Shown here piece after piece: positions 12,613 through 26,903 of a stretch of DNA of 64,000 nt. The translations under genes and the position numbers were made by a program. A model generated the notes under the pieces. The model saw nothing but the letters and a program-made list of their open reading frames with translations, made no database searches and was not told the origin of the DNA. The first letter of the stretch is position 1. The number at the start of each line of letters is the position of its first letter. Where the stretch lies: positions 96,598,001-96,662,000 of the forward strand of contig CM059432.1 of NCBI GenBank assembly GCA_030390025.1, given 5' to 3'. Origin of the DNA: Squalus acanthias. Its lineage: Eukaryota.

Positions 12613-13113
12613 CATAGAACATAGAACAGTACAGCACAGTACAGGCCCTTCGGCCCTCGATGTTGTGCCGAGCATTGTCCGAGACCAAGATCAAGCTATC
12701 ACACTCCCTATCACTCTGGTGTGCTCCATGTGCTTATCCAATAACCGCTTGAAAGTTCCTAAAGTGTCCGACTCCACTATCACAGCAGGCAGTCCATTCC
12801 ACACCCCAACCACTCTCTGAGTAAAGAATCTACCTCGGACATCCCTTCTATATCTCCCCCCATGCACCTTATAGTTATGCCCCCTTGTAACAGCTGCCTC
12901 TACCCGAGGAAATAGTCTCTGAACATCCACTCTATCTATCCCCCTCATCATCTTATAAACCTCTATTAAGTCGCCTCTCATCCTCCTCCGCTCCAAAGAG
13001 AAAAGCCCCAACTCCCTCAATCTTTCCTCATAAGACCTCCCCCCCAAACCAGGCAGCATCCTGGTAAATCTCCTTTGCACTCTTTCCAATGCTTCCACGT
13101 CCTTCCTATAGTG
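12613..13113 (-). mobile_element. CR1 3' fragment of a different subfamily
   Basis: catagaacatagaa tail; ORF 12691-13098 is an ORF2 C-terminus. Confidence 0.9.
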
Positions 13114-13434
13114 AGATTTCCTTAATTTATAATTAAATGCCCTGATTTTCTTCTAAAGAGTAATTTTTTAAATTACTTTCTTTGCATGCTGTGGACAGAG
13201 AAATGATTTGCTCCTGAGGTCAGAATGACCTCAATGTTGTGGTTAGAATTACACCTAGACCAGGTATTGATTAAATTATGTAGTAAATACACTGGAGATA
13301 AGAACTGGTATCTGCCTTGGTCTTCGCTCTGAGGGAAGCTATCAAAATCAAAAAGGATTTTTCAAATATGTGTATTAGGTAAGTAACCTCAATCATAATG
13401 ATTGTGATTAGTATCAAGTAATTTTAGAAAATGT

Positions 13435-13860
13435 CTTTCATAGGAACAGGAGTAGTTCATTCAGCCCCTCAAGCTTCTTCCACCATTCAACGAGATCATG
13501 GTTGATCTGTACCTCAATTCCATTTACCTGCCTTTTCTCCATTTCACTTGATATCCTTACCTATCAAAAAACTATCTATCTAAGTTTTGAAATTTTCAAT
13601 TGATTCAGTCGTTACAACGTTTTGAGGGGGAGAGTTCCAGATTTCCACTGTCCTTTGTGTGATAAACTGCTTCCTGACATCACCTTCTCAATGACCTAGC
13701 TCTAATTTTAAGGTTATGCCCCCTTGTTCTGGACATACCCCCACCAGAGGAAATAGTTTCTCTTTATTTAACCTGTCAAATCCTTTCATAATCTTAAACA
13801 CCTCAATTAGATCACCTCTCAATTTTCAATACAAGCCTAATCTATGCAACCTTTCAGTAA
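13435..13860 (-). mobile_element. Old CR1 3' fragment
   Basis: 3' UTR motif ataggaacaggagtag...cagcccctcaagc followed by a degenerate ORF2 end. Confidence 0.75.
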
Positions 13861-15269
13861 GTATGTAGATTTGTATTTGTTTTGAGTTTTCTAGTTGTGA
13901 GTACAAGATCATATTTAGTTTGTGAGACGCTTTCATTAGCTGCAGCCTAGGTGGCAGGAAAAACAACATTGGAGAGACAAAGCAGAGGGGAAAAAGGTTG
14001 GCTTCAGAGAGGAATGCTACCTGCCTCAGGATTTGAAGCATTAACGGTAGTTTTGGAAAACCTAACACTTATCTCTCTATATATCTAATTGTGTATCGAG
14101 CTATTATTTGTTTTTTCCTAGTACACTGGGAAACAGCATTCTTGGGAAGGGACCCAGCACAGGATGGTAACAAGAGCCTTGGTTAGATAAGGGCTTTGGG
14201 AGGGAAATTTATAGTGTTGGTTCATGGTGCTGTAGTCCTGGTCAGTATATTACCGCAACTTAGATCTCCAAATATGATCACCACAATTCTCCAATCAACA
14301 AAGTATCACAAATTTAACTTAAAAGTTCTTTTATGCTTTTGCGTTATAATTCTATGCTGATATTTGGAGACAATTTAAATACATGAAAATATTGCTACTC
14401 TAACAAAATAGATGAGATAATAACAAATAGCAAGATGCCTCCTCCCTGAATGTTGCTTTTATTAGTATCATCTCAGCAAATCACCTACCTTCTGTTGTGA
14501 CATGTTGCTGCAAGAGTGAATTTGGTGATGCCATAATTGCTTTATTTCCTCCATCATAATTATAGAGATTCCAATGACAATGACAAATTAAACATAATAA
14601 TTTTCTGACAGTGAATGACTCGTTTTGTTGCTGAAGAATTCATCACTGGAAGGTTCTTTAATGCTGTGATAGCTTGCAGACAAAGTAGTAGAGGACAAAA
14701 GTAAGCATTATTTATGATTAGGTGAAGTTTATTATTGTAAGGTTGGTCTGGGCTTTAAATGCGAAAAAGATTTTAAGTGGAATGTCAAATATGATTTATT
14801 TACTTTTCTCTTTTAAATGGGCATCCAATTTAAATATTTGTTGAAAGCTGGTAGGAAGCATTTTGAAAGTGATACAGCCTTGCCTCAAACTGTCTTGCTC
14901 ATCGCTTTTTTATAACTCTCTCTCCTTACTTTATTCCTTCTACTTATTCTATCTCTTCCTTTTATTCCAGTTCCCTTTTTTCATGAAATGCTTCATTCCG
15001 CTTTGGTAATCTCACTTTTATTTCCCTTCAATATCCTTCTTTAAATGTTCTTTCAATTTAGCCTGTATTTTCCTTTTTTATGGCACACTTTCTCTCTTTT
15101 TTGGTCTGAATCAGCCTTATAATTTCCAACTTTGTCTTAAAACTTGTCTTGCAATTATTTTTCCCTATTCAGCCATCTGACGAGATTATAATGGCACCAG
15201 CAATAGGTTAACATTATTGGGCAAAAATTGCATTGCAGAGAAGCTGCATTAAGTGATGACAAAACTTAC

Positions 15270-16672
15270 ATGAAACGAAAGAACTTGCATTTATATAGTG
15301 CCTTTCACATATCAGGATGTCTCAAAGTGCTTCATACCCAACAAATTACTTTTGAAATGTAGCAACTGTTGTTTTGTAGGCAAACAAAGCAGCTAATTTG
15401 CACATAACAAGATCCCACAAACAGCAAATGAGATCAATTCCAATTAGACTGTTTTGGTGGTGTTGGTTGAGAAATGGATGTTGGTGAGAACATCTCCCTA
15501 CTCTTCTTCAAATAGTGACATGGTCGCCCTGACATTCCAAAGAGGTTGTTTTGGTTTCCCACTATAACTTTGGTGGTAGGCCAGTGAGACTCCCAGAGGA
15601 GCAGTGTCAACGCCAAACTTACAGCATAACTTCAGGCCAGGATATTTTACATCCACCTGAGCAAACAGATAGGGCGAAATAACAACAGAAAACGCTGGAA
15701 AAACTCAGCAGGCCAGGCAGCATCCGTGGAGAGAGAAACAGAGTTAACGTTTCAGGTCGGAGACCTTTTGTCAGAACTGGAAAAAAGCAGGAAATGAAAT
15801 ACATTTTAAAGCAAGTTTAGGGCTGGGAAAGGGGGAGGGGATGAAAGAACAAAAGGGAAGGTCAGTGATAGGATAGAAAGCAGGAGAGATTAACAGACAT
15901 TGAGAGACATTAAGAGATATTCAAGGCAAGAGGAGGTGGAAATGGGACAGGTTGAGGAACAAAGGATGGCTCTAGATGAAGTGTGAATTGTGCTGGCAGA
16001 ATGAAGGACAGCTGCTGTGTGGGAGGGGAGAAAAAAAGGCCAAACAAAAGTGTGGATAAAAAAAATATATATATATACTGTATATATATGTGATAGGGGC
16101 CGGGGTTATGATCTGAAATTGTTGAACTCTATGTTGAGTCCAGAGGGCTGTAGAGTGCCTAATTGAAAGATGAGGTGCTGTTCCTCGAGCTTACGCTGAG
16201 CTTCCGAAGAGGCCGAGGACGGTGAGGTCTGAGTGGGAATGGAGCAGAGAATTAAAGTGACAGGCCACCGGGAGCTCGGGGTCCCCCTTACGGACTGAAC
16301 GGTGGTGTTCCGCAAAGCAGTCACCCAATCTGCGTTTGGTCTCCCCAATTTAGAGGAGACCACATCATGAGCAGCGAATACAGTATCCTAAATTGCAGGA
16401 AGTACAAGTAAATCGCTGTTTCACCTGGAAGGGGTGTTTGGGGCCCTGGACAGTGGGAAGGGGGGAGGTATAAGGGCATGTGTTGCATCTCCTGCGCTTG
16501 CACGGGAAGGTGCCGGGCAGATAGGGCCTCAGTTTAAAATCTCACCCAAAAGATAGCACCTTCAACAATGAAGTGTCAGTCTAGATTATGTACTTAAGTC
16601 CTGGAATGGGACTTGAAACCACAATCTTATAATTTAGAGGTAAGAGTGGTACTATTGAGCCAACCTGACACT
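15270..16672 (-). mobile_element. tRNA-derived SINE (Deu-domain-like), split by a Penelope insertion
   Basis: A-box and B-box-like head on the minus strand at about 16600-16670; body and tail homologous to 32192-32552. The family assignment is from memory. Confidence 0.7.
15676..16517 (-). mobile_element. 5'-truncated Penelope-like element (GIY-YIG end + 3' region)
   Basis: Encodes QRKLEEQHLIFQLGTLQPSGLNIEFNNFRS. A 10-bp TSD, cagatagggc, lies at 15666-15675 and 16518-16527. Confidence 0.92.
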
Positions 16673-16936
16673 GCTGATTCTATGTACATCACGTATTTCT
16701 GTGAAATGACATGAGTTGACATTTTTGACAGAATTCCTCCAGCAAGGCTGCCTTAGCTTTCCTGTACAATTAGGACACGCACAAAGCAAATCCTTTGAGA
16801 CACTTTTTAAACAAACACCATCTTCATTCAGACATTTTTACAGTTATGCCTGTGTCAGTACAGGATTATACAGGACATCCAAAGACATGTGCAGTGCTGT
16901 AAGTTATCACGTTGAAATATGTGCATACGGTGCATA

Positions 16937-17995
16937 CATAGAAGATAGGAGCAGGAGTAGGCCATTCGGCCCCTCGAGCCTGTTCCGCCATTTAATGAGA
17001 TCATGGCTGATCATCCAAATTCAGTACCCTGTCCCTGCTTTCTCCCCATATCCCTTGATCGCTTTAGCCTTAAGAAATATATCTAACTCCTTCTTGAATA
17101 TATTTAATGAATTGGCCTCAACTGCCTTCTGTGGTAGAGAATTCCACAGGTTCACCACTCTCTGGGTGAAGAAATTCCTCCTCATCTCAGTCCTAAATGG
17201 CCTACCCCTTATCCTTAGACTGTGACCCCTGGTTCTGGACTCCCCCGCCATCAGGAACATCCTTCCTGCATCTAGTCTGTCTAGTCCTGTTAGAATTTTA
17301 TAAGTTTCAATGAGATCCCCTCTCATTCTTCTAAACTCTAGCGAATATAATCGACCCAATCTCTCTTCATACGTCATTCCTGCCATCCCAGGTATTAGTC
17401 TGGTGAATCTTCACTGCACTCCCTCAATGGCAAGAACATCTTTCCTCAGATAAGGCGACCAAAACTGCACACAATACTCAAGGTGTGGTCTCACCAAGGC
17501 CCTGTACAACTGCAGCAAGACATCCTTGCTCCTGTACTCGAATCCTCTCGCTATGAAGGCCAACATACCATTTGCCTTCTTAACCGCCTGCTGCATCTGC
17601 ATGCTTACCTTCAGCAACTGGTGCACAAGGACACCCAGGTCTCGTTGCACTTCCCCTTTTCCCAATCTATTGCCGTTCAGATAATAATCTGTCTTCCTGT
17701 TTTTGCCACCAAAGTGGATAACCTCGCCTTTATCCACATTATACTGCATCTGCCATGTATCTGCCCAATCACCCAACCTGTCCAAATCATACTGGAGTTT
17801 CTCTGCATCCTCCTCACAGCACACATGCCCACCCAGCTTTGTGTCATCTGCAAACTTGGAGATATTACATCTAGTTCCCTCGTCTAGATCATTAATATAT
17901 ATTGTGAATAACTGGGGTCCTAGCACTGATCCCTGCGGTACCCCACTAGTCACTGCCTGCCACTCAGAAAAAGACCCATTTATTCCAACTCTTTA
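16937..17995 (-). mobile_element. 5'-truncated CR1 (RT to 3' end)
   Basis: ORFs 17411-17953 (GVPQGSVLGP, KFADD) and 17021-17386. Confidence 0.93.
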
Positions 17996-18589
17996 CTAAG
18001 GCCACAGCATTACCAATTCAATTTCCAAGTGGGCTATTTATTCAAAAAAATCTTTAAGATCGCTGGGCCTCCAGTCCATGTTGATATGGTCAATAATCCA
18101 CATTTAACCAAATTAGCTCAAAATTTAGTTGGTGAACTGCCCTCTGGTACCAAAAGAGGTCATTCTATTTTTTTATGTATCCTGTCAAAACAAAAAGATC
18201 TCAGTTTAAAAAAATGGGTTTTTCAAATCTTGCCAGCAGCCATTCCCTATGTTTACTGATTTCCTCACTGCACAGATATATTTAGTTCAAATATCTGGTA
18301 ATTAAGAGCTGATTAACTCTTGAGAAGTATGTAAATGAGTATTAGTGTAGATATATATAGACTGGATGATTTCTGCTGAGATTAGTGAACTCATGACCCA
18401 AAAATTCAAACCAAAGTAACTCAGATGCATCCACTTGTTTGATTGACTTGTGAGACTTGTGGTCAGAAATCGATGAACTTTAGTAATTATGTTTACAGGG
18501 AGGAAAACAAAATGGGCCTTGGTCTCATTTACAGAGTATCCGTATCACATCCATGGACTTGCATAGATCGGCTTATACGGCCCAAGAGC

Positions 18590-19850
18590 CTTCAGCACAA
18601 AAACAGGCCATTTGGGCCAACTGGTCCATGTCGGCATTTATACTCTGCACGAACCTCCTCCCCACCCCTCTTCATCTAACCCTATCAGCATATCCGTCTA
18701 TTCCTTTCTCTCTCAAGTGCTTATCTTGCTTTCCCTTAAATGCATCTATGCTATTCACCTCAACAACTCCCTGTGGTAGCAAGTTTCACATTCTTACCAC
18801 TCTTTTGGTAAAGATGTTTCTCCTGAATTCCCCATTGGATTTATTGGTGACTATTTTATATTTATGGCCCCTAGGTCTGATCTACCCCGCAAGTGGAAAC
18901 ATCGCTATGTCTACCCTATCAAACTCTTTCAGAATCTTAAAGACCTCTATTAGGTCACCCTCAGTATTTTCTTTTCCAGAGAAAAGAGCCTGTTCAGCCT
19001 TTCCTGATAAGTATATCCTCTCAGTTCTGGTAATATCCTTGTGAATCTTTTTTGCACCTTCTCCAGTGCCTCTGTATCCTTTTTCTAATACGGAGACCAG
19101 AACTGTCCACAGTATTCCAAGTGTGGTCTAACCAAGGTTCTATACAAGTTTAACATAACTTCTCAGCTTTTTAATTCTATCTCTCTAGAAATGAACCTCA
19201 GTGCATGGTTTGCTTTTTTATGGCCTTATTAACCTGTGTCACTAATTATATTGATTTGTGTATCTATACCACTAGATCTCTTTGCTCCTCTACCCCATTT
19301 AGACTCTTTCAAGCAGTATGTGGCCTGCTTATTTTTCCTACCAAAATGTAACACTCACACTTATTGATATTCATTTGCCAATTACACACCCATTCTGCAA
19401 GTTTATTAATATCTTCTTATATTTTGTCATAGGCTTCCTATATATTTACTATACCCCCCAATTTGGTGTCATCCACAAATTTTGAAATTGTACTTCCAAC
19501 TCCCAAGTCCAAATGTTTATGTAAATTGTGAACAACAGTGGTCCCAGCACCAATCCCTGCGGAACAACACTTCCCACCTTTTGCCATCTGAGTAGCTACA
19601 CTTAACCGCCACTATCTGTTTCTGTTTTGTAGCAAACTTGCAATCCATTCTGCTATTTTTTCCCTGACTCCAGATGCTCTGACCTTAGTCATGAGTCTAC
19701 TATTGAAGGCCTTTTGAAAATCCAAATATACTACATCTACTGCATTACCCTTATCTACTCTTTTTGTTAATTTTTCAAAGAATTCAATGAGGTTGGTGAA
19801 GCATGACCTTCCCTTTGAAATCCGTGCTGACTACTCTATTATTTTTGTTT
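18590..19850 (-). mobile_element. Decayed CR1 RT/3' fragment
   Basis: Collinear with the RT region and 3' UTR of the other CR1 copies, with many stops. Confidence 0.85.
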
Positions 19851-19854
19851 CTTA

Positions 19855-20540
19855 GGGTTGAATTTTGCCAGCCCTGGGGAGGCGGGTTTGAAGGCAGGAC
19901 TGCTGGGAAAATGGCAGAATCTGGGGGCGGGTGCCCATCCCGCCCCCCAACCCGCCTCCGTGCCATCTTCCCAGGAGGCGGGTAGCCAACCAGCGCTGGG
20001 AGTCACCTCTCTGAGGCAGGAAGGGGATTACAGCCACTTAAGTGCCTGTTAACAGGTAGTTAACAGGCAGTTAAGAGGATTATCCCCATTTTACCCCTAC
20101 AAGTGCGGGCTTCCCGCTGTCGGGAAACCCCCCCAGGGTTAGCGAGGCGAGCAGTGGGTTTGTGGGGGTCGGAGGGGTCCAAAAATGCGCTGTAGAGGTG
20201 AGTGATGGGTGCAAGTGTGGAGAGGTAAGTATGTGAGGCGAATGTAAAGTGATAGAAAATGTTTACTTACCTTTGTTTCTTCCTGCAGGCTTCAACAGTT
20301 GGGGAACCGGAGACTCCCGCATCTCACCGGCAGAGATGACAGATGGCTGCTGCATTCTCCAATGCAACAGCCATCTGATTTCTGCTCAGCAGATAGGTTT
20401 GATGAGTCTTGAATACAAGGCCTCATCAAACAACAGAGATTGTCAGTGTTTGACAGCTTCACAGAGCTGTCAAACGATGACAATTCATCTGTCAAAAATG
20501 TTTGCCAGATGAAACGTCATACGCTGACGTTCTCTGTTCA
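19855..20540 (-). mobile_element. Partial inverted copy of the 11103-11902 MITE
   Basis: Reverse complement of about 11265-11902, beginning gggttgaattttgccagccctgg. Confidence 0.85.
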
Positions 20541-22588
20541 CCGAGTCCAATGAATGAAACCACAGATCCCCGTTGCTCAACACATCCCCATCATACCATC
20601 CTTCTGTCACAGATTATCACAGCGTCCTCCTGGACACAAAGCTGAAATGAGAGCCACCACAAAAGATCCCAAACAAAATTAATACATTTATCCCAAATCA
20701 ATTGACACATATTTACACATACGATATGAACTAATCACCCTGTGCAATCCCTTAGTACCTGTCGTTTGGATGCCCTTTCGTGATCCTAGTGCACCTACGA
20801 AGTGCTCCCCAGTGGCTGCAGCATGGCAGGTGGAAGGCTGCTGAGTCCCAGCCACGATGGCAGCAGTCTGAGCTTGGGTGGCACAAAGCTGAGACTTCAT
20901 GAGAGCGGTCTGCGCTTCCGCTGCAGCACTAAGACGTTAGGTTACTTCTGCCTGTGCTGCAATGGCAGCCGCGACATCGCCCATCATGTCTGGGTCAACA
21001 CGGTCTCTTTGGGAGTCTTCCATCATTTCCAGCCTGGAAATCCTGGGCTCCAAGCTCTGCGCAGAGCCCCATGCAATGTTGGAGGCAAACTCCTCCATGC
21101 TTCTTGACATTGCCAAGGGGCTCTCTGGCAGGCTTGTCATTGCACCTAGCAATTCGGTGTGCATGACCATCACCCTTCTTCTGAAGGCTGCCCCTTTGAG
21201 GTCCTCTTCTGAGTCTTGTACAGCAGAACTCACGTGCGAACTCTCCCTCCGGGGAGCTGGCCCCCTGAGCTACCCCTTCCCCCTGGCCTTGCTGCAGCCC
21301 ACTCATGCCTGGTGCCTCACTCTGTGCAGATCCCATTTCTACACTGGCCTCTAAATAATGCGCAGTGCCAGTTCTGAGCTGGTGTCTGCGAGTGACAGAT
21401 GCAGTGACGCTGTGTCTTCTTCTTCTCCCCCTCGATCTCCTGCATCGCCTCGGGGACAGGCTACTCGGGTGCTTTGTCTTGATTATCTGAAAGCAGAAAG
21501 GCACAATAATCGGGTTATGGTATGAGGAGGTGGGGGGTAGCAAGATATGCATGCATACAGCATCAGCAGCTTAACAGTGAGAAGAGATTGTGGGATGAAG
21601 GATAAGTGGGATGTGAGAAGAAGGATTAGGAATGAGCCCAAGGGGTTCAATCTCGTCGGTTGCCATGACCTCTACGATCTGCTGCCCAATGATTCGCTGA
21701 GGTCTTGGATGTCAGTCTGCCCCCTTCCTGTCCGCTGCTGCTCCATCTGGTTGTGAGTTATCTTGGCCTGGAAGACAAAGAGAAGTGTGTGAGTGACTGG
21801 TGCAATGTGTTTGGGTGATGTGCCTGCCATAGTTGAATAGCTGTCAGTATGTGCAAGTGTGAGATGTGGGTTTGAGTGTTGCAGCAGTAGTAAGTTCGTG
21901 AGGATGAAGCTATGATTGTGCAGTGTGAGTGGTGATAGGTAGAGATTGTTGGTAGGTGAGTGATGTGGGTGTGGTGCATTGAGCAGTGTGTGAGGCTTGT
22001 GGTAGAAATGGTGGGATATGGCATTTACTGAAGTCTTCAATCACCTTGATCACCTGTGTGAGGTCATTAAACTTCTTTTGGCACTGGAATGACGACCTTG
22101 GCACCACAGTGCTGGCCGTCACATGTGCAGCTATCTCCTGCCAAATCCATCGGGAGGTGTATGACTTCCTTCCAGTCTCTGGGAAGAGGACAGCCCGCTT
22201 CCTCTCCATAGCCACAACCAGTCCCTCCAGAGCTGCGTCCGAAAATCTCCTGGCTCTCTCCCTTTGAGGACGCTCTGCCATGGCTTTGGACGATGATCTT
22301 CTTCTTCTTCACAATGAGGTGCTGTAGCATCAATGCACCTCCCCTTTAAGTAGTGGAAAAACCCTGTGCCACACATAACTGGGAATTAAACTGGCCCCAA
22401 TATTGGTCCACCTGTTTAGCGTTAAGCCAATGAACAGCAGTTTTAGCACTGAGATCATGACCATAATCATGTTAATGAGGAGTGAGCACGAATTTTGCGT
22501 GCTACCTAGACCAGTTTGAGGTGGCGCAGCTGAACATCGTTAGACCTTAACACTGCCTGTTTCATGGCTATATCCAATTTCTAGGCCC
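20541..22588 (-). mobile_element. Harbinger remnant carrying a decayed three-exon Myb/SANT-like gene, no transposase
   Basis: ORF 21910-22281 (RFSDAALEGLV...WQEIA...QCQKKFNDL), exon 2 AKITHNQMEQQRTG and exon 3 MHTELLGAM. The terminus reads aatttctaggccc. Confidence 0.85.
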
Positions 22589-23231
22589 ATGACTTAGTAC
22601 ACTGTTAAAAACTCAGTTACACCTCATTCAAAAAGGCTCAACTTTTTCAATGGTATTTATAGCAAGAATAGTGCGTAAAAGTTGAAGTTCATGTCATATC
22701 ACTGATTCTGTGTTGATTGCATCTGCGAAGACTGCACCCTATGGAGGAGCAGGGTATCACTGACAGTAACTTCCGGATTTCTGCATTTAATTGCGTATGT
22801 GCGGACGTCAGAAGTTGCTGTCAGTTTTACACGATAACAATGGCGAGCGCTGACAGTTTTGCCGTCATTACAATCGCAAATTCTGGGCCAATATGTCATG
22901 ATCACTGTATATCTTTGCTTGCCAGTTTATTTGGGGGTAGTTGAAATCTCCCATGATTATTATTCTATCTCTTTTACTCACTTCATAGATTTGCTTACAT
23001 ATTTCTTCCTCCACTATTAAATACCCTTATTAACGTGATTGATGCCTTCTTATCCTTTGTCTCAATCCAGATGGATTCTGTTTCTATCTTAAATGTTAGT
23101 TATGTACCTTTTTTCTACTTCCATTATGCTATCTCTAATTAGTACAGCTATTCCAACCCGCTTCTTCTTCCCTATCCTTTCTAAATTCATTATATCCTGC
23201 AATATTTAACTACCAGTCCTGTTTTTTATTA

Positions 23232-24695
23232 CAGTGGTTCTCAACCTTTTTTGGTTGAAGAACCCCTTTTCAAATGGATTAGTAATCATGGACCCCCCAT
23301 CTAAATTATAATACTCATAATATGAAGGTGCTGCCTGTAAAGAGTGTTTTAATAATGCTTTTAAGAAAACAGTTATTTACTTACAGCTATCAGTGAGATG
23401 GGTATGCCTGCTTCTCACACCAATTCTGGGAGAGATGGTCACTATTAGCCACTTAGTGCTGGACAATTTTTAAGGCCGTCAGCAGGCTGGTGAGTGAGGG
23501 CACGAGCACCCATGCACATGCTGGGATGTGGCTGGAAGCATGACTTACCGCCATACTGTCCCACTGGCACGTTCTGTAACAGCTGCATTGTGGGATTGGA
23601 CGTGTTTGCGTGAATACATTCAGGCAGGCGTTCTGATCACGTGTCGGGAGGATGCCACAGGGTCGTGCCGCCAGGGAGAGGAATCGACTCGACCGGCAGG
23701 GAGCGCTCGTTGCAAAGTGAGTGAAAGCTTTCAGCCTCTGTGAGGAGGTGGGCCCAGCTGTCGTGAATAGTTCACAAGAACTGAATCAGTGTCGGTTTTA
23801 TAGAGTTACCTCTGGTAATTATTTTTAATATTTTGAATTATTTTTAAATATTTAACCTTTATAAAGGAGACACCACCCTCCAATGCCCTCACCATAGAAT
23901 TTAGTGAATGAGATTCTGAAGGTTCATTCCACCAAGAGCCAAAAAGACAAAAAAAACTATGGGACATTTTAATTATCTCTGAGTCACATTTAAAGCAGGG
24001 ACTTGCTGCCTTCCAGCAGGTGTCCTGCTTGGCTGCTAAGAAGAGTAAGTTAATATTGGGCCCCGTGAGAAGACACCGGATTGGAGGAGGTAAGTTGCAC
24101 AGGAGGTAAGTTTTGACTGTACCCTGCTCGGTTTCTGACAGGTAGGAAAGGGGATTGAAGTTCCCCACCCCTCCCCACCTGATTATCCTTCCTTTTTTAC
24201 TGGTGATTCATAGCAATTCCCAGTTAAGGGTTACCTTCCCTTATTGTCACAGATCCCTACGCAAATTGACTTAACCCTGAGGTTATAAAATTGAAGCTGT
24301 GCGCAAAGTATTTGTAGGCAAAAAAAAGTGCCTGTTTATATTGTGAAAACTGCCAGAGCAGATAGTGCTTGATGCAGAACTGAATGCAAGTGCCACTGAA
24401 AAACACAACCCAATTGATTGGTGACAGCAATTTAATAATGTGTCGCCATACTCGTCCCGTGCTACGAGACTTCCTGTGCCGTTGTATCTTGGCTACAATC
24501 TGTGTCTTTATATCTGCTTTTTGCTTTCTTTTTCTTTAAGACGTGTTAGACTTTTTAGTTTTCAACTTTTGAATTGCAGAGCAATATGCATTATTCAATC
24601 ATTTTTAATTACTTCTGGCCTCCTCCAGTCACAGACCCCCTGGAAAGTTTCTGCTGACCCCCAGGGGTCCACGGACCCCAATTTGAGAAACACTG
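23232..24695 (-). mobile_element. Non-autonomous hAT (Charlie/Buster-like) DNA transposon
   Basis: TIRs CAGTGGTTCTCAA / TTGAGAAACACTG and an 8-bp TSD ttttatta / ctttatta. A transposase C-terminal remnant, CEKQAYPSH*, lies at 23390-23419 (-). Confidence 0.85.
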
Positions 24696-25108
24696 CTTTA
24701 TTAAGCCATGTTTTAGTTACCCCTACTACATCTGGCTCCTCACTGCGAATTATTGCCTCCAGTTCCCCCGTTTTGTATCGGATGCAGTACACATTGCTGT
24801 ACAGGCAATTTCATTTTTTTTAATTAATTGTTCCACTCACTTTAAATTTATCAATCATTTTATACTTATGTTCTTTAACTGTATCTATTCCCTGACTGTT
24901 TATGTTATCCTTATTCTTTACCTTGTCTGAAATTTGCTCTCTTCGCCCATTTCTTTCATCTTCAGGCTTATGTTATTTTCATTAGATCCCTCGACCCCAT
25001 CTTACTAATTTAAATTCCTATTCACAGCCCTATTTATCCTTTCCACTAGGACCCTGGGGGCAATTTTATTAATGAGGGCGCGTTGGAGGCAGGACTGCTG
25101 CTTGGCGG

Positions 25109-26710
25109 TGTAGAGTTTCGCAATTATCGCGATTCAAAATAACATGAGAGAAGCAGATTCAATTGATCATTTTTATTAAACGAAATGCTGTCCTGATAAT
25201 AAAGGACACAGAAGCCTGTAAAATGGCCGCCATGCATCGTGGCAGAAGCTTCCAGAGACACAGTGGGCAGACAAGATGGCGTCGAATATACATTCAGTAT
25301 GAGATCGTATCATACTCGGTACACATTGTAAAGATAGGATGCAACCCGTTCGCATCTTGAACAATAGCAATGATATAAGTGCTGGAATCGTTTCCTACGC
25401 ACAGTAAGGATCATTGAACTGGGCCATCGAGAACCCATCCAGACACATCAATACACAAATACCCCCCCGGCTCAACAATGAGAGAGACATTGGCGGGTGA
25501 TTAAGCCAGTATTCGGGGGGCCCCAAAACCAGTTGAGGAGACGATTCATATACATCCTGGCTGGCTCAACAATGGAGAAGGTATTAACGGATAGTTGGCT
25601 AGTTTCAGATGCTACCGAAACCCGTTAAGAAGATAATCGCCGCATGCTGGGAGTTCTGGGCGCCAAAATCACACAAAGAATAAACGTTTAGATATGAGCG
25701 GGAGATAAGGCCGACAAAGCAGTATAACTATAGGGGACAAATGTCCATCGGTCTCTTGACTCGGGCTGAACCCTCTTGACTCGCTCTCTCGCTTCCTGGC
25801 CTCTTCTTTGACTCTTGACTCTTAGCCGTGCTGGTCGGTTATTCGAGTGTTGGGTGGAACTCAATCGGAACGAGCCGCCTCGACAGAGCAAGTAACAGGG
25901 TACACCATCCCGAGTGTCAGTAAACGGTGTCCGGACCCGGAGGCCCGAGTGACGAGAAGAAAGACGAGAAGAAAGACGAGAAGAAATTCCACGTGCCGCC
26001 ACGGTCAGTAAACCCTGACCGCGCCCGAAGATATAACGACAGAACTCATCTTTGAATTCTACCGACTTCTACATGTACCGTTTCCTTTGAATTCTATGGA
26101 TTACTGCACGATCCGGTTTGAGTCCATCGACTGCTTCATGACATCAGGGAGTCTGGCTTGCCTTTCGCGGCAGCGAGAGTAAACAAGTGGGGTGCAGAAA
26201 CCCTTCCAAACACGTGACAGTCAGGTGCTGCAGCGAAACGAGCTGAGTGCCTCACTTTAAATTTCCGAAGTAAGCTGAGTGGTGAGCATGTTTTACGATC
26301 CTACAAATCCAGACGTAGTGTAGGTATTGTTAAGGGAGGGTGGTTTTTAATAAGGTTAAGGTATAATGTGTTCCCCTTTTTACGATGTGCCGTGTGTTCT
26401 CCATTTCCATAGACCAAGTTTTATGAACGTGTGTATACTTGTACTCTCTTTGATCTGCGCCTATGACATGTATTTCATGATTTTAGACGCCATGCAATAA
26501 AGATATTCATTTCGTGCTATTCAACCGGGTCTATTTGAGTTTTCTCTGCATTACTGCTCCTTGCATCTAAGTCCAGGTGTCAGAACCGTAAGGGCGAGTG
26601 GGTCGAACCACTCACAGGTGCTTATTGCAAAAGGCTGGCCGGAGACCAGAGCAAGCAATAGTATAGGCAACAAAGGCCTCACCTCGCACCAGTACCATTG
26701 ACCACTTACA
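25109..26710 (+). mobile_element. 1602-bp solo LTR (ERV or Gypsy-type)
   Basis: TGTAGAGT...ACTTACA termini, a 4-bp TSD GCGG (25105-25108 and 26711-26714), AATAAA at 26496, internal direct repeats and no coding domain. Confidence 0.82.
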
Positions 26711-26903
26711 GCGGGTCGATGTCCCGCCTTCATCGATTTGTGGGCAAACCACGCTATTTTCCCTTGATTGACCTTGTTAAGCCAGCCCAGCAGGTTTAGC
26801 AGGCCAATTAAGGAAAAGCCGATTGCAGAGAACGTCAACGTATGATGTTTCATCTGTCAAAAATTTTTGACAGATGAATTGTCATTGTTTAAGTGACAGG
26901 AAC

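Noticed and set aside
13280..13384. Host exon ending at a perfect AG/GTAAGT donor
   Set aside because: All three frames contain stops and there is no clear acceptor, so it cannot be supported as coding.
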